Positions 50,532-60,877 of a stretch of DNA of 64,000 nucleotides are shown in pieces. The stretch lies in contig JBILEK010000003.1 of assembly GCA_044352155.1 (NCBI GenBank), positions 834 to 64,833 of the forward strand, in the 5' to 3' direction. The notes under the pieces are model-generated. The model searched no databases, was not told the DNA's origin, and worked only from the letters and a program-made list of their open reading frames with translations. The position numbers and the translations under genes were made by a program. Source of the DNA: Bdellovibrionia bacterium (GTDB taxonomy: Bacteria; Bdellovibrionota; UBA1018; JBILEK01). The first letter of the stretch is position 1. Each line of letters starts with the position of its first letter.

Positions 50532-52139
50532 ATGAGCGTTCTTTCCTCTCAAATCCACAGTTCTTCGGACGAGTTCAAGACCCGTAAAGCCCACCACGAA
50601 AAACTTGCCTCCGAATTGCGCGCGCATCTGGATCAAGTCGCTCGAGGCGGCGGTCCCGAAGCACGTGCGCAACATGAGTCGCGCGGCAAGCTTTTCGTTC
50701 GCGAGCGCGTGAGGAAACTCTTAGATCCTGGCACTGAGTTTCTGGAGCTCTCTGCACTTGCAGCACACGGGATGTACGAAAACGCCGCACCCAGCGCCGG
50801 AATCATCACCGGAATCGGCGCAGTCCATGGTCGCGAAGTTGTTGTCGTTGCAAACGACGCCACGGTCAAAGGGGGAACCTACTTTCCCATGACCGTAAAG
50901 AAGCACCTGCGTGCGCAGGAAATTGCGCGCGAAAATCGACTTCCTTGCGTGTACCTGGTGGACTCGGGGGGAGCATTTCTTCCCCTACAATCTGAAGTGT
51001 TTCCGGATCGCGATCACTTTGGCCGGATTTTTTATAACCAAGCTCAGCTCTCGGCTGCTAGGATTCCGCAGATTGCGGCGGTTTTGGGCTCGTGCACAGC
51101 GGGCGGCGCGTACGTCCCTGCGATGTCCGATGAAACGGTGATTGTGCGCAATCAGGGGACAATTTTTTTAGGCGGACCTCCGCTTGTGAAAGCAGCCACT
51201 GGAGAGGAAGTCACCGCCGAAGAGCTGGGCGGCGGCGAAGTCCACACGCGCACATCCGGGGTCGCCGATCACTTGGCCGAAAACGACGCGCACGCACTTG
51301 AGCTCTGTCGCGAGATCCTGCGAAACCTCAATCGCCCGACTCCTACAGAGTGTGATCGCCAGCCGATCGAAGAGCCGCTGTACGATCCCGCAGAGCTTTC
51401 GGGAGTTTTGCCGACCGATCTGAGACATCCGATGGATGTGCGCGAGATCATCGCACGCCTGGTCGATGGCTCGCGCTTCCATGAGTTTAAGCCTTTGTAT
51501 GGATCGACGCTCGTGTGCGGATTTGCGCATCTCTGGGGCTATCCGGTTGGGATTTTGGGAAACAACGGAATTCTTTTCTCCGAGTCGGCACTGAAGGGTG
51601 CTCACTTTATTGAGCTCTGCGAGCAACGCAAAATTCCGCTCGTATTCCTTCAAAACATCACGGGCTTTATGGTCGGTAAGAAATACGAGTCAGGCGGCAT
51701 CGCTCGAGATGGCGCAAAGCTCGTCACCGCAGTCTCAAACGCTCAAGTCCCTAAATTCACCGTGATCGTGGGCGGATCCTACGGCGCTGGAAACTACGGG
51801 ATGTGTGGTCGCGCTTTTCAGCCTCGCTTTTTGTGGATGTGGCCCAATGCGCGCATTTCAGTGATGGGAGGAGAGCAGGCGGCCCACGTTCTGTCTCAAG
51901 TCAAAGTTGAGCAGCGCTTAAAGAAGGGCGAAAAAATAACCGACGCTGAGATCAAGGCCCTAAGAGACCCGATTTTAGCTCAGTACGAGCGCGACGGATC
52001 TCCTTACTTCTCGACGGCTCGCCTGTGGGATGATGGCGTGATTGCACCCTCCGACACGCGCAGGGTGCTCGCTTGTGCGCTTTCGGCGTCGTACAATGCG
52101 CCGATTCCAGAACCGCAGTTCTCGCTTTACAGAATGTAG
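50532..52139 (+). CDS. Methylcrotonyl-CoA carboxylase beta subunit (carboxyltransferase)
   Basis: 535-aa acyl-CoA carboxyltransferase with duplicated crotonase-like CT domains; divergently placed from hydratase/MCC alpha. Confidence 0.85.
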   Translation: MSVLSSQIHSSSDEFKTRKAHHEKLASELRAHLDQVARGGGPEARAQHESRGKLFVRERVRKLLDPGTEFLELSALAAHGMYENAAPSAGIITGIGAVHGREVVVVANDATVKGGTYFPMTVKKHLRAQEIARENRLPCVYLVDSGGAFLPLQSEVFPDRDHFGRIFYNQAQLSAARIPQIAAVLGSCTAGGAYVPAMSDETVIVRNQGTIFLGGPPLVKAATGEEVTAEELGGGEVHTRTSGVADHLAENDAHALELCREILRNLNRPTPTECDRQPIEEPLYDPAELSGVLPTDLRHPMDVREIIARLVDGSRFHEFKPLYGSTLVCGFAHLWGYPVGILGNNGILFSESALKGAHFIELCEQRKIPLVFLQNITGFMVGKKYESGGIARDGAKLVTAVSNAQVPKFTVIVGGSYGAGNYGMCGRAFQPRFLWMWPNARISVMGGEQAAHVLSQVKVEQRLKKGEKITDAEIKALRDPILAQYERDGSPYFSTARLWDDGVIAPSDTRRVLACALSASYNAPIPEPQFSLYRM

Positions 52140-52295
52140 AGCATTGAACAACGCGACTTTGGAGCGCTTCACGTCAATCCTTTGTCGGACCTTAACAGAG
52201 GGTTAAATATTTCCGGGTAAGTTTTTTCCCTCCCCTCTAGTCGTTCTCTCAAAACCTCTTCATCCTGAAAGAACAGAAAAGGAGCACGGAAGCTC

Positions 52296-53183
52296 ATGAA
52301 AACTCGACTCACAGTCTTTTTTGCAGCGTTGATCGCCTCTCAGGCCGCCTTCGCTCAAATCCTGCCTGAGAACAACCTGCACTTACAGGACGATCTCTTT
52401 GCCAAGGACGCCAAGATGACCGAAGCAGAGTTCAACCAACTCACGGACGAGGTCATCAAACACTGGGAAGATCTTGCAAAAATCCACGGCGCCACACTGG
52501 TCGCAAAGAAAAACTGGACCGACTCTACTGTCAACGCTTACGCAACTCAGTCAGGCAAGAGCTGGGAGGTCGCCATGTTCGGCGGTCTCGCTCGACGCCC
52601 TGAAGTAACCAGCGATGGCTTCCAACTGGTCGTCTGCCACGAGCTCGGCCATCATTTTGCGGGTTTCCCTTTTTATGGCGCAAGCGATTGGGCCGCTTCC
52701 GAAGGTGAATCTGACTATTTCGCAACTCACGTCTGTGCTCGCAAAATCTGGGCAGACCAACCAGAAGTGAACGCATCGTACCGCGATCGCATCGGATCTG
52801 TTGCTGCAAGCAAGTGTGATCTCGCTTGGAGCGAGCAAGCCGATCGCGACTTGTGCTACCGCACTTCAGCGGGCGGCCAATCGCTTGCAAACCTACTTGC
52901 AGCTCTCGGCAGCCAAGGCACGCCGAAGTTTGAGACCCCAGATCCAACTGTAGTTGCAAAAACGAACGTCAATCACCCCAAAGGGCAGTGCCGCTTAGAC
53001 ACCTACTTTCAAGGCGCTCTTTGCCCCACCGTTTTTGACCTAAAAAAAATCCCTGGTCGGAAGCATCCGATGGGTCAAGGCAGCAAAGATGCTGAGCAAG
53101 AGGCTATCACCGCGTCGTGTGCGAAATCGATGGGATTTACGCAAGGAAATCGCCCCCTCTGCTGGTTTAAGCCCCAGCTCTAG
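52296..53183 (+). CDS. Secreted putative zinc metallopeptidase (HExxH)
   Basis: Signal peptide MKTRLTVFFAALIASQAAFAQ; VVCHELGHHF zinc-binding motif; multiple Cys. Confidence 0.5.
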   Translation: MKTRLTVFFAALIASQAAFAQILPENNLHLQDDLFAKDAKMTEAEFNQLTDEVIKHWEDLAKIHGATLVAKKNWTDSTVNAYATQSGKSWEVAMFGGLARRPEVTSDGFQLVVCHELGHHFAGFPFYGASDWAASEGESDYFATHVCARKIWADQPEVNASYRDRIGSVAASKCDLAWSEQADRDLCYRTSAGGQSLANLLAALGSQGTPKFETPDPTVVAKTNVNHPKGQCRLDTYFQGALCPTVFDLKKIPGRKHPMGQGSKDAEQEAITASCAKSMGFTQGNRPLCWFKPQL

Positions 53184-53196
53184 TCCCTAGGACTTC

Positions 53197-53841
53197 ATGC
53201 GTTCAGGTTTTCGTATTCCTTCTGTTGTTTGTCTTTTTCTCCTGCTGATGAGCCCTCTCGCTTCAGTGTCCCTGGGCGAGAGGGCTCCGGCGTGGAAGCA
53301 AGCTCCCCTTGAGCTTCGGGATCATGATCTTTCGCTCGCCATCGTTGGTGAGGGGTTTTTTTCACTGATCAATCCCATCAACGGACAACGTGTTTACTCG
53401 CGCGACGGCGACTTCACCCTGGATCGAGACGGATTCATTGCCCAGCGTGAGACAGGCTTTAGGCTCGAGATCGAGATCGGCTCAACTCTGGGTCCTTTGC
53501 GCCTCGGCAGCTTCCTGCACGCCGAGCGCAAAGGGAAAGTCCTGCGCCTCAGGCGGCTGAACATCAGCTCCTTTGGAGGCATTGAAGCGTATTACAACAA
53601 AAACGAGCGCCGGACTCTGGGGCAGATTAAAATCGCTCTTTTTGATCGACCCACTCAACTTCGCAGAGTCGGTACCCATCTTTTCGTCCCAAACGCCGAC
53701 TCAGGAGCCGCAGAGCTCCGCTCGCCGCGCCACACCGCACGCGTTGGCGGCATCGAATCAAGGGTGCTTGAGCGATTAACAGACTCCCACTACAAGTCGA
53801 TGCTATTTGAGTCGGACTTGCATGGACGGATCGCCCTGTAG
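53197..53841 (+). CDS. Exported protein with flagellar rod/hook (FlgF/FlgG-type) core domain but no N-terminal rod segment
   Basis: DLSLAIVGEGFFSLINPINGQRVYSRDGDFTLDRDGFI closely resembles FlgG DLDVAIEGQGFF...YTRDGSFQVDQNG; preceded by a signal peptide; 214 aa. Confidence 0.5.
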   Translation: MRSGFRIPSVVCLFLLLMSPLASVSLGERAPAWKQAPLELRDHDLSLAIVGEGFFSLINPINGQRVYSRDGDFTLDRDGFIAQRETGFRLEIEIGSTLGPLRLGSFLHAERKGKVLRLRRLNISSFGGIEAYYNKNERRTLGQIKIALFDRPTQLRRVGTHLFVPNADSGAAELRSPRHTARVGGIESRVLERLTDSHYKSMLFESDLHGRIAL

Positions 53842-55473
53842 GACGTACCAACGCTGATTATCTGAGAGATCGCTTTTGTTGGTCGTGTTCTCTGACAGGT
53901 AGACATGTCCTTCTTGAATGATGGACCCCAAGACTGGGATTTGAGCTTTTTCAACCATTCTAAACACCATTCCACGCGCAAGAATCGCAGGAGGGTGCCA
54001 GGAGATATTGACCGTTCCACCGTAGAATGCGGTCACCCCCAGGCCCTCGCCGCTCCCGGAAGCCTGATGCAACAGCGTCGCTCCTGCATGACTGGTGGAG
54101 AGTCCGCCGTTTTGGCATGCGACGTCCATCCACAAGGGCTTGACGACGCGTGAGTTTCGAAGATTTTTCATGTCACTCACGGAGTACGTACGATTAAACG
54201 ACGACCATGAAGTTCCGGATCCATGCCCCAAGTAAGTCACCCACATCGCCCCTTCATCCATCCGTGCGTTGAAGTAAGACGCATTTGAATTTGGATCGTT
54301 TTGATACAGATGTGTAAATGAGGTGGAAAATTTATTTTGAATCGCACTCTCCATAGCCCGCACATACTCATTATCGCTTGGGTTAGAGCCTTCGTTTGAT
54401 GCGATTCCAATCGCGCGCGCCCAACCCTGTGATGAGTCATGACGATCAAGCTCGTAGTCCATCCACTTGCGCGTGATCCGCTCCACCTGAGTTGGCGTAT
54501 CGGCTACGATCCGCCCTGCGAGCACATCAGGAACAATGTCTGAGGCCCCTCCATAAGTAAAAAAGGGCAAATCCGAAGGCGTCTGCGCGTCTGCAGAAGT
54601 AGACACAATATGTGCAGGAACTAATTTCTGGCTCCCCACAATCAGTGCGTAGAGAAACGAATTTTTACGATACTCCGCTTGAATCAACTGCGTAAGAGAC
54701 GCTGCAGTATGCGCTCCTGCTTTCAGTTGAACGACGCGCATATTAAAACCTTGAGCGCGCTTATGCTCAAGCCACTCTCCCATTGCTCCTCCAAGAGCTT
54801 CATGAGCGAGCACCAAGTAGTCTGCGTTTGCAGCGTGAGTTTGTGAGCGAATCCACTCAGAAGCCTCAATCAAGTTTGATTTCGCGCGAACACTGACGCG
54901 CGCGTTTGGGTAAAAGAGCAGCTTCCCTGCGGTAGGATCATATCGATGAGGTACAAAAACCATGCGCGTCAGCGCACGTCCCCTAAAGTCCCCGATCTTC
55001 TCAAGGTAGAGGTTTTGATCAGGGCTCTGATACTGAAGCACTTGATCGCGAAAACGACGCTGATGATCTGTAGTGCAGCGGCAATCCTCTTCCTGGGCGG
55101 GTTCAATGAGCGGGGAGCCTCGCGCGATCTCAGCCACTTGAACTGGCTCTCCCAGCTCGACGCTGATCTCTAAGTTCGCAGGATCCGCTGCCAACGTCAG
55201 CGCGTAAAAAGGGAGGCGAGGAGCACCTAAGTCGTTGGAGCGCGGAAGGTCATCGGCCTTCACTTCAAAGTACTCACGTCCGTGAAGCTTTGTTTTTTCA
55301 ACCGAGAGCTCTCGCAGAGAGAACTTGACAGATAGGACACCGAATCCACGCTTACGCTCAATCCGCTTCTCTACCGTGCCGCTGCCTGCCTCAAAGCGAT
55401 ACGTCCCAGCCTGAGCTGCGAGCACAAAAAACAAAGAAGCAAGAGCGATCCCTGTCCAACGCTTCATCTGCAA
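53803..55473 (-). CDS. Secreted clan CD cysteine peptidase, gingipain (C25)-like
   Basis: Signal peptide; YLGHGSGTSW ... WMDVACQNG His/Cys dyad arrangement typical of caspase-fold C25 peptidases. Inference from motif memory. Confidence 0.5.
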   Translation of the reverse strand: MQMKRWTGIALASLFFVLAAQAGTYRFEAGSGTVEKRIERKRGFGVLSVKFSLRELSVEKTKLHGREYFEVKADDLPRSNDLGAPRLPFYALTLAADPANLEISVELGEPVQVAEIARGSPLIEPAQEEDCRCTTDHQRRFRDQVLQYQSPDQNLYLEKIGDFRGRALTRMVFVPHRYDPTAGKLLFYPNARVSVRAKSNLIEASEWIRSQTHAANADYLVLAHEALGGAMGEWLEHKRAQGFNMRVVQLKAGAHTAASLTQLIQAEYRKNSFLYALIVGSQKLVPAHIVSTSADAQTPSDLPFFTYGGASDIVPDVLAGRIVADTPTQVERITRKWMDYELDRHDSSQGWARAIGIASNEGSNPSDNEYVRAMESAIQNKFSTSFTHLYQNDPNSNASYFNARMDEGAMWVTYLGHGSGTSWSSFNRTYSVSDMKNLRNSRVVKPLWMDVACQNGGLSTSHAGATLLHQASGSGEGLGVTAFYGGTVNISWHPPAILARGMVFRMVEKAQIPVLGSIIQEGHVYLSENTTNKSDLSDNQRWYVLQGDPSMQVRLK

Positions 55474-55612
55474 TTCCCCCTATGAACGAGTATCGGCTTC
55501 AGGGATGCCCCTCTGTAGACTGCAAGATTTTCCCGACACGCGGAGCCACACGCTCGGAACTCATTTAAAAAGCCTGCGGCTTAGTGCTCGGATTTAAGGA
55601 CGAGTCGCACTC

Positions 55613-55631
55613 TCAACGCAGCCAGTTTTTA
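55613..55631 (-). repeat. Solo partial copy (outer 18-19 nt) of the IS terminal inverted repeat, same orientation as IRR; encodes the KNWLR-stop tail of the NUDIX gene
   Basis: TCAACGCAGCCAGTTTTTA identical to 41322-41340; verified base by base. Confidence 0.7.
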
Positions 55632-56071
55632 AAAGGCGCGCCACGAGCTAATCCTTCAGTCAAAAGACGCAACGCCTGCAACTGCGAGTCAAACGGAATG
55701 CGCACGCGCGCCTCCTCAAGCGAGACCCACGCATGCGCTACGTGCTCGCGAGAGTCGAGGATCGGCTCTAAACAACTCGGCAACTCCCATGAATAGCAGC
55801 GCTCCTCAACAGGGCCGCGCGCTCCACGAAAAAAAAACTCAAACCCAAGCGCTTTAGGAGTGCCCAAATCGCCGTTAAAACCCGTCTCCTCGCGCCCCTC
55901 ACGATAAGCCGCTTGGTCCTGATCCTCTCCTGGCTCAACGCCACCGGTCACAGGCTGCCAGATCGATTTGCGCTCCGGGGTTGTCTGAAGCAGTAGCACC
56001 CGATGCTCGCCCGATCTCTCGTCTCGAGCATGGATCCAGACCTGGACTTTTTTAAGCGATCCTTGTTTCAT
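55613..56071 (-). CDS. NUDIX hydrolase
   Basis: Nudix box GGVEPGEDQDQAAYREGREETG. Confidence 0.8.
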   Translation of the reverse strand: MKQGSLKKVQVWIHARDERSGEHRVLLLQTTPERKSIWQPVTGGVEPGEDQDQAAYREGREETGFNGDLGTPKALGFEFFFRGARGPVEERCYSWELPSCLEPILDSREHVAHAWVSLEEARVRIPFDSQLQALRLLTEGLARGAPFKNWLR

Positions 56072-56625
56072 CGAATAAAGCGGGCAGGATTACGTTTAAA
56101 CTCACTCAACATAGGCATCGCAGCGTCGCGAGCGGAGACTTGAGGGTTTTTGATCGGCCATGGGATCCCGAGCTCTGGATCATCCCAACGCACTCCGGAC
56201 TCCGTGGAAGGAGTGTACACAGCATCCACCTTGTAAACCACATCCGCGGGCTCGGAGCCTAACACACAAAATCCATGCGCAAATCCGGGCGGAATCCAGA
56301 GCATCGTTCCTTCGACGTCGGAGAGCTCAACGGCGAGATGACGACCAAACGTCGGTGACTGCGCACGGAGATCCACTGCGACATCCCAGATCCGACCACG
56401 CACGACGCCTACAAGCTTTCCTTGCGCGGGAGCCGTCTGAAAGTGCAGTCCTCGGACGATTCCAGGACTCGAGCGAGAGTGGTTGTCTTGGACAAACTCA
56501 AACGGCAGTCCAGCATCGCGGAAGCGCTGCTTTTGAAAACGCTCGACGAAAAAACCGCGCGCATCTCCATGGAGCTTTAACTCGATTTTTTTTAAGCCTT
56601 CCAGCTCAAGTGCCACTACTTTCAC
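56068..56625 (-). CDS. rmlC: dTDP-4-dehydrorhamnose 3,5-epimerase RmlC (GTG start in GTGA overlap with rmlA stop)
   Basis: Cupin motifs [17 protein letters not shown]; 185 aa with trimmed start. Confidence 0.85.
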   Translation of the reverse strand: MKVVALELEGLKKIELKLHGDARGFFVERFQKQRFRDAGLPFEFVQDNHSRSSPGIVRGLHFQTAPAQGKLVGVVRGRIWDVAVDLRAQSPTFGRHLAVELSDVEGTMLWIPPGFAHGFCVLGSEPADVVYKVDAVYTPSTESGVRWDDPELGIPWPIKNPQVSARDAAMPMLSEFKRNPARFIR

Positions 56626-57503
56626 GCGTGTGGCTCCGTGTACTTTGCCACTCGCAATAAGTACTGTCCGTAATCGCTTTTGGTGAGCTTTTCGCCCAAA
56701 CGCTGCAGTTGATCTTGCGAGATAAACCCCCGCAAAAAAGCGATCTCCTCCGGACACCCGATCTTAAGTCCCTGCCGATTTTCAAGAGTTTGCACAAACT
56801 GAGCAGAGGAGAGAAGCGAGTCTGGAGTCCCTGTATCCAACCATGCAACTCCGCGCCCCAGCCGAACTACTTCAAGATCGCCACGCTCAAGGTACTTGCG
56901 ATTCACATCCGTGATCTCAAGCTCGCCTCGCGCGGAGGGTTTAAGCGCGCGGGCGATTTCGACAACGCTTGAGTCATAAAAATAGAGCCCCGTGACCGCC
57001 CAGTTTGAGCGGGGAAGCTTCGGTTTTTCCTCAATCGAAAGCGCTCGTCCTTGCGAGTTAAACTCAACCACTCCATAGCGCTCAGGATCTTGCACCTGAT
57101 AGCCAAACACGCGCGCGCCGCGAGACAGACGCGCAGCCTCCTCGAGTTTCAAGGAGAGCTCGTGCCCATAAAAAAGATTATCGCCCAGGATCAGTGCCAC
57201 CGGATCCTGACCGATGAACTTTTCTCCCAGCAAAAATGCTTGTGCGATTCCTTCTGGTTTTTCTTGAATCTTGTAAGAGAAACTCAATCCCCAATCCGAT
57301 CCCGAACCTAGGAGCTGCTCAATCATCGGCGTATCGCGTGGAGTGCTGATGATGAGGATCTCGCGAACTCCGGCGAGCATCAGGGTCGAGATGGGATAGT
57401 AAATGGTGGGCTTGTCATACACAGGCAAGAGCTGCTTACTGACTGCATGCGTGAGAGGATAAAGACGGGTGCCAGAGCCTCCGGCAAGCACGATGCCCTT
57501 CAC
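56622..57503 (-). CDS. rmlA: Glucose-1-phosphate thymidylyltransferase RmlA (start in ATGA-type 2-nt overlap with rmlB stop)
   Basis: [17 protein letters not shown]...QLLPVYDKP signature. Confidence 0.9.
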   Translation of the reverse strand: MKGIVLAGGSGTRLYPLTHAVSKQLLPVYDKPTIYYPISTLMLAGVREILIISTPRDTPMIEQLLGSGSDWGLSFSYKIQEKPEGIAQAFLLGEKFIGQDPVALILGDNLFYGHELSLKLEEAARLSRGARVFGYQVQDPERYGVVEFNSQGRALSIEEKPKLPRSNWAVTGLYFYDSSVVEIARALKPSARGELEITDVNRKYLERGDLEVVRLGRGVAWLDTGTPDSLLSSAQFVQTLENRQGLKIGCPEEIAFLRGFISQDQLQRLGEKLTKSDYGQYLLRVAKYTEPHA

Positions 57504-58516
57504 TTTTTCGCTCCTTTCGCGAGTACCGTTTGGCTCCATCGCTCGTTTTCAAGATACCATCGAATCGTTTGCTCTAAGCCCGACTCAAAACGATGCTTGC
57601 GCGTAAACTGTAGCTCGCGCTCCGCTTTTCGATCATCGATCGCGTAACGACGATCATGCCCTAGGCGATCTTTTACAAACGCAATCTGCGTGCGGTAGGA
57701 CTTGCCGTCTGAACGAGGCTTTAAGCGATCGAGGTGATCACAAAGAATGTGGACGAGATCGAGATTTTTTTTCTCAGCATTTCCGCCAAAGCAATAGGTC
57801 TCCCCAGGCCGGCCCACCGTGAGCGCAAGATACACTCCCGTACAGTGATCATCGACGTGGATCCAGTCACGTACGTTTTGACCATCGCCATAGACGGGTA
57901 GAGCTTTACCTTCGAGCGCACAGCGGATCATGTGCGGAATCAGCTTTTCTGGATATTGACGAGGTCCATAGTTGTTTGAACAATGCGTGACTACTGCAGG
58001 AAAGCCGAACGTGTGGTGCCATGCGCGCACAAAGTGATCGGCCGAGGCCTTGGAGGCCGAGTAAGGCGAGTTCGGCGCAAAGGGGGTCTCCTCTGAGAAC
58101 TTTCCAGTTTCGCCTAAGCTCCCGTACACTTCATCGGTGGAGACTTGAACGTACTTCCATGCCGGAGGCTGATGACGCTCGAGGTACTCGCGCGACGCAC
58201 GCAGGAGTTCGAACGTTCCCATCACGTTCGTTTCTAGAAATGCTGCAGGCCCCTCAATCGAGCGATCCACATGTGACTCAGCTGCAAAGTGCACAAGCCC
58301 ATCCGGCCTGATCTGCTCCAGAAGCGCTCGCACCTTTGCCCCATCGCGGATATCGCCGACCACAAGCTCGCAGGCGAGACCCTCGAGATTCTCACGGTGA
58401 CCGGCATAAGTCAGAGCATCGAGTACGGTCACGCGCTCGCCTCGCGCTTGAGCTAGGCGAACAAACGCGCTCCCGATAAACCCAGCTCCCCCGGTCACTA
58501 ACCAATGCTTAGACAT
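57500..58516 (-). CDS. rmlB: dTDP-glucose 4,6-dehydratase RmlB
   Basis: TGGAGFIGS Rossmann motif, YSASKASAD catalytic YxxxK. Confidence 0.9.
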   Translation of the reverse strand: MSKHWLVTGGAGFIGSAFVRLAQARGERVTVLDALTYAGHRENLEGLACELVVGDIRDGAKVRALLEQIRPDGLVHFAAESHVDRSIEGPAAFLETNVMGTFELLRASREYLERHQPPAWKYVQVSTDEVYGSLGETGKFSEETPFAPNSPYSASKASADHFVRAWHHTFGFPAVVTHCSNNYGPRQYPEKLIPHMIRCALEGKALPVYGDGQNVRDWIHVDDHCTGVYLALTVGRPGETYCFGGNAEKKNLDLVHILCDHLDRLKPRSDGKSYRTQIAFVKDRLGHDRRYAIDDRKAERELQFTRKHRFESGLEQTIRWYLENERWSQTVLAKGAKK

Positions 58517-58528
58517 AGACCCTCATTC

Positions 58529-59884
58529 CTAGCGCGGCTCGGTTTTGAGCGAAAGGAAAGATCTTCGCATAATGCGCGCCGCATTAAGGCCAGAAACTCC
58601 CAGCACACCAAGCACAACGACAAGACGCAAAAGCCTGACGCCTGGATCATTCGTAATCATCTGGAGCAGTTCGGGCCAGATCGCGCCGCGCCCGGGAGTT
58701 TGGGTTGTGATCAAAACCAAAACTCCAAACGTAACCGAGAGCGCAAGCGCAATAATCACCCCTACTCGAGCCGCCGCAAAAACGAGCGCACGGACCCCGA
58801 AAAAAGCAAGCAGCGGAAGCGCTCCACACAAGTAGCGTGCTCCCGGCGATCCGCCGGCGTGCCACGCTCCGAACGAGGCATTCATCATGAATAGCAAAAC
58901 AAAGTATGCGAGCGAAAATCTCCAGGCCGCGCGCTCAGGGTTCGAGCCCAATCGAAAGAGTCCCCAAACCAGTCCAAAAAATACGATCGGCTGCGTCCAA
59001 AGTAACCCCCGCTCTAATCCGAACACAAGTCCCCAAATCGCCTCGAACTGCGGAAAGGAGTGAAACACACCGAAAAGTGCTGTGCCGGTGGGAACATCAA
59101 CGAACGCAGGGTTTTGAAATTTCTGAACCAAAATCCAGGGTGACCCAAAGAGCGCAAAGTGGATGGAGCCAATGAACGCAAGCCCAGGCAAAAGCCCTAA
59201 AACCACTTTTCTCCAATCCCAACTTCGTCCGACCATCAGCAGCGCCGGTAGGGCTAAGAGCGCCGAGTAATCCATCGCCACCGCAAACCCAGCGCAAAGA
59301 CCGGCCAGAAGCGGTCGACGCTCCAAAATCGAAAGCAAAACCCCAAGACTTAAAACTGCAACCAGTCCGTGGCCAAACCACGCATTCATCATGAGGGCTG
59401 CAGTGTTTCCAAGCCCCAGGGCCAAAACAAGGGCAATTCGCTCTCCTTCTCGAGCTCTACAGTGATCCCTCAAACGCAAAATCAAAAACCCAAGCGGGAG
59501 AATTTGAAAAATAAGACTCAAAACAAAATTCGCGATGTATCGAATCTGAAACTGCGATTGAACGCTCTCTCCGGCACCAAAAACTTTTTGAATCGCACAG
59601 TACACTGGGATCCCAACGACCACTCCCCCGGGAGCTTTGTTGGAATAAGTGCGCCCATCCGGAGTGCGTGCCCAGTCAATCGTCCAAGCTGCGCGCTCGT
59701 CACGAACGTACTCCGTGATCTCAAGGCTTGCAGAGCGACAAAACGCAGCCATCCCAGCCAGTCGAGAGAGAGGATTGACTCCGACATGAGGCCAAAGAAA
59801 CAGTTGTACGCAAAGCACGCCAGCCAATACCCATGTCGATGGTGCGCCACGGTTGGCGATCGCTCGAATTCCTGTTAGAACCAC
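58529..59884 (-). CDS. Polytopic membrane protein, probable GT-C-type (ArnT/PMT-like or DUF2029-like) glycosyltransferase; true start probably internal
   Basis: About 12 predicted TM helices with periplasmic loops; sits between rmlBAC and a GT2 polyprenyl-phosphate glycosyltransferase. Confidence 0.45.
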   Translation of the reverse strand: MVLTGIRAIANRGAPSTWVLAGVLCVQLFLWPHVGVNPLSRLAGMAAFCRSASLEITEYVRDERAAWTIDWARTPDGRTYSNKAPGGVVVGIPVYCAIQKVFGAGESVQSQFQIRYIANFVLSLIFQILPLGFLILRLRDHCRAREGERIALVLALGLGNTAALMMNAWFGHGLVAVLSLGVLLSILERRPLLAGLCAGFAVAMDYSALLALPALLMVGRSWDWRKVVLGLLPGLAFIGSIHFALFGSPWILVQKFQNPAFVDVPTGTALFGVFHSFPQFEAIWGLVFGLERGLLWTQPIVFFGLVWGLFRLGSNPERAAWRFSLAYFVLLFMMNASFGAWHAGGSPGARYLCGALPLLAFFGVRALVFAAARVGVIIALALSVTFGVLVLITTQTPGRGAIWPELLQMITNDPGVRLLRLVVVLGVLGVSGLNAARIMRRSFLSLKTEPR

Positions 59885-59887
59885 GGC

Positions 59888-60673
59888 ATGATCTTAGGAA
59901 AAAAGGTGGCCGTTGTCATGCCCGCATACAACGCGGCGAAAACTCTTGAACGTACTCTTGTAGAAATCGATCGCGCAATCGTCGATGAGATCATCCTGGT
60001 CGACGATGCCTCGCGCGACGCTACCGCTGAAATCGCGCGCCGAAACAATCTCAAAACATACGTTCACCCTAAAAACCTCGGCTACGGCGGAAATCAAAAG
60101 ACTTGCTACAGAGCCGCTCTTGACGCGGGTGCCGATATCGTCGTCATGGTGCACCCCGACTACCAGTACACTCCAAAACTGATCCCAGCGATGACCTCGA
60201 TGATCGCCTCAGGTCTTTACGACTGCGTTCTTGGTTCACGGATTTTGGGCAATGGTGCACTCGAGGGCGGGATGCCGGTCTACAAGTACATTTTTAACCG
60301 CTTCCTGACGCTTGCGCAAAACCTGCTGATTGGTCAAAAACTGAGCGAGTACCACACAGGGTATCGAGCATTTTCGCGTACGATCCTTGAAACCTTGCCG
60401 CTCGGCGAGTGCGATGATGACTTTGTATTCGATAACGAGATGCTCGCACTCGTGCATTACCGGGGTTTTCGCATCGGCGAAGTGAGCTGCCCGACCAAGT
60501 ACTTTGACGAGGCATCTTCCATCAATTTTTCGCGCTCCGTAAAGTATGGACTCGGCGTCTTACGTGTGAGCTTGAGCTTTCGCTTGGCCCGACTGGGCTT
60601 TGGGCGCTCTCGTATTTTTTCTGCGCAAGGCCGGACCGTGCGCGATACACCGCTGCGAGCAGAACTAACGTAG
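59888..60673 (+). CDS. Family 2 glycosyltransferase, polyprenyl/dolichyl-phosphate sugar transferase-like (ArnC/DPM1-like)
   Basis: [22 protein letters not shown], DxD-like region, C-terminal amphipathic segment. Confidence 0.75.
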   Translation: MILGKKVAVVMPAYNAAKTLERTLVEIDRAIVDEIILVDDASRDATAEIARRNNLKTYVHPKNLGYGGNQKTCYRAALDAGADIVVMVHPDYQYTPKLIPAMTSMIASGLYDCVLGSRILGNGALEGGMPVYKYIFNRFLTLAQNLLIGQKLSEYHTGYRAFSRTILETLPLGECDDDFVFDNEMLALVHYRGFRIGEVSCPTKYFDEASSINFSRSVKYGLGVLRVSLSFRLARLGFGRSRIFSAQGRTVRDTPLRAELT

Positions 60674-60755
60674 CGCGTTGCGTTATTCGCTGAATCGGGG
60701 TTGTCTCAGGGCTTCCGATCCGCTAGTCAGAAGGAGTCCTGCCACTTTTTAAGGA

Positions 60756-60830
60756 TGCCGGTGTAGCTCAGTGGTAGAGCAGCGCTTTCGTAAAGCGCAG
60801 GTCGTCCGTTCAATCCGGATCACCGGCTCC
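60756..60830 (+). tRNA. tRNA-Thr (anticodon CGT)
   Basis: Cloverleaf folded by hand: acceptor GCCGGTG/CACCGGC, D arm GCTC-AGTGGTA-GAGC, anticodon arm GCGCT-TTCGTAA-AGCGC, T arm GTCCG-TTCAATC-CGGAT, discriminator T, encoded CCA. Confidence 0.9.
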
Positions 60831-60877
60831 AGTGGAAGGTCTCTTATCTCCTCTCTTACTCTGTTTTTAATCGAGTT

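Noticed and set aside
41323-55634. Interpretation of the 19-nt direct repeats as att sites of a 14.3-kb integrated island
   Set aside because: No integrase lies in or next to the segment, and its cargo (ccsBA, liu genes, plsC) is core metabolism. The repeats are better explained as IS terminal-repeat copies.
56160-56660. 166-aa plus-strand ORF
   Set aside because: Antisense to rmlC, Arg/His-rich.
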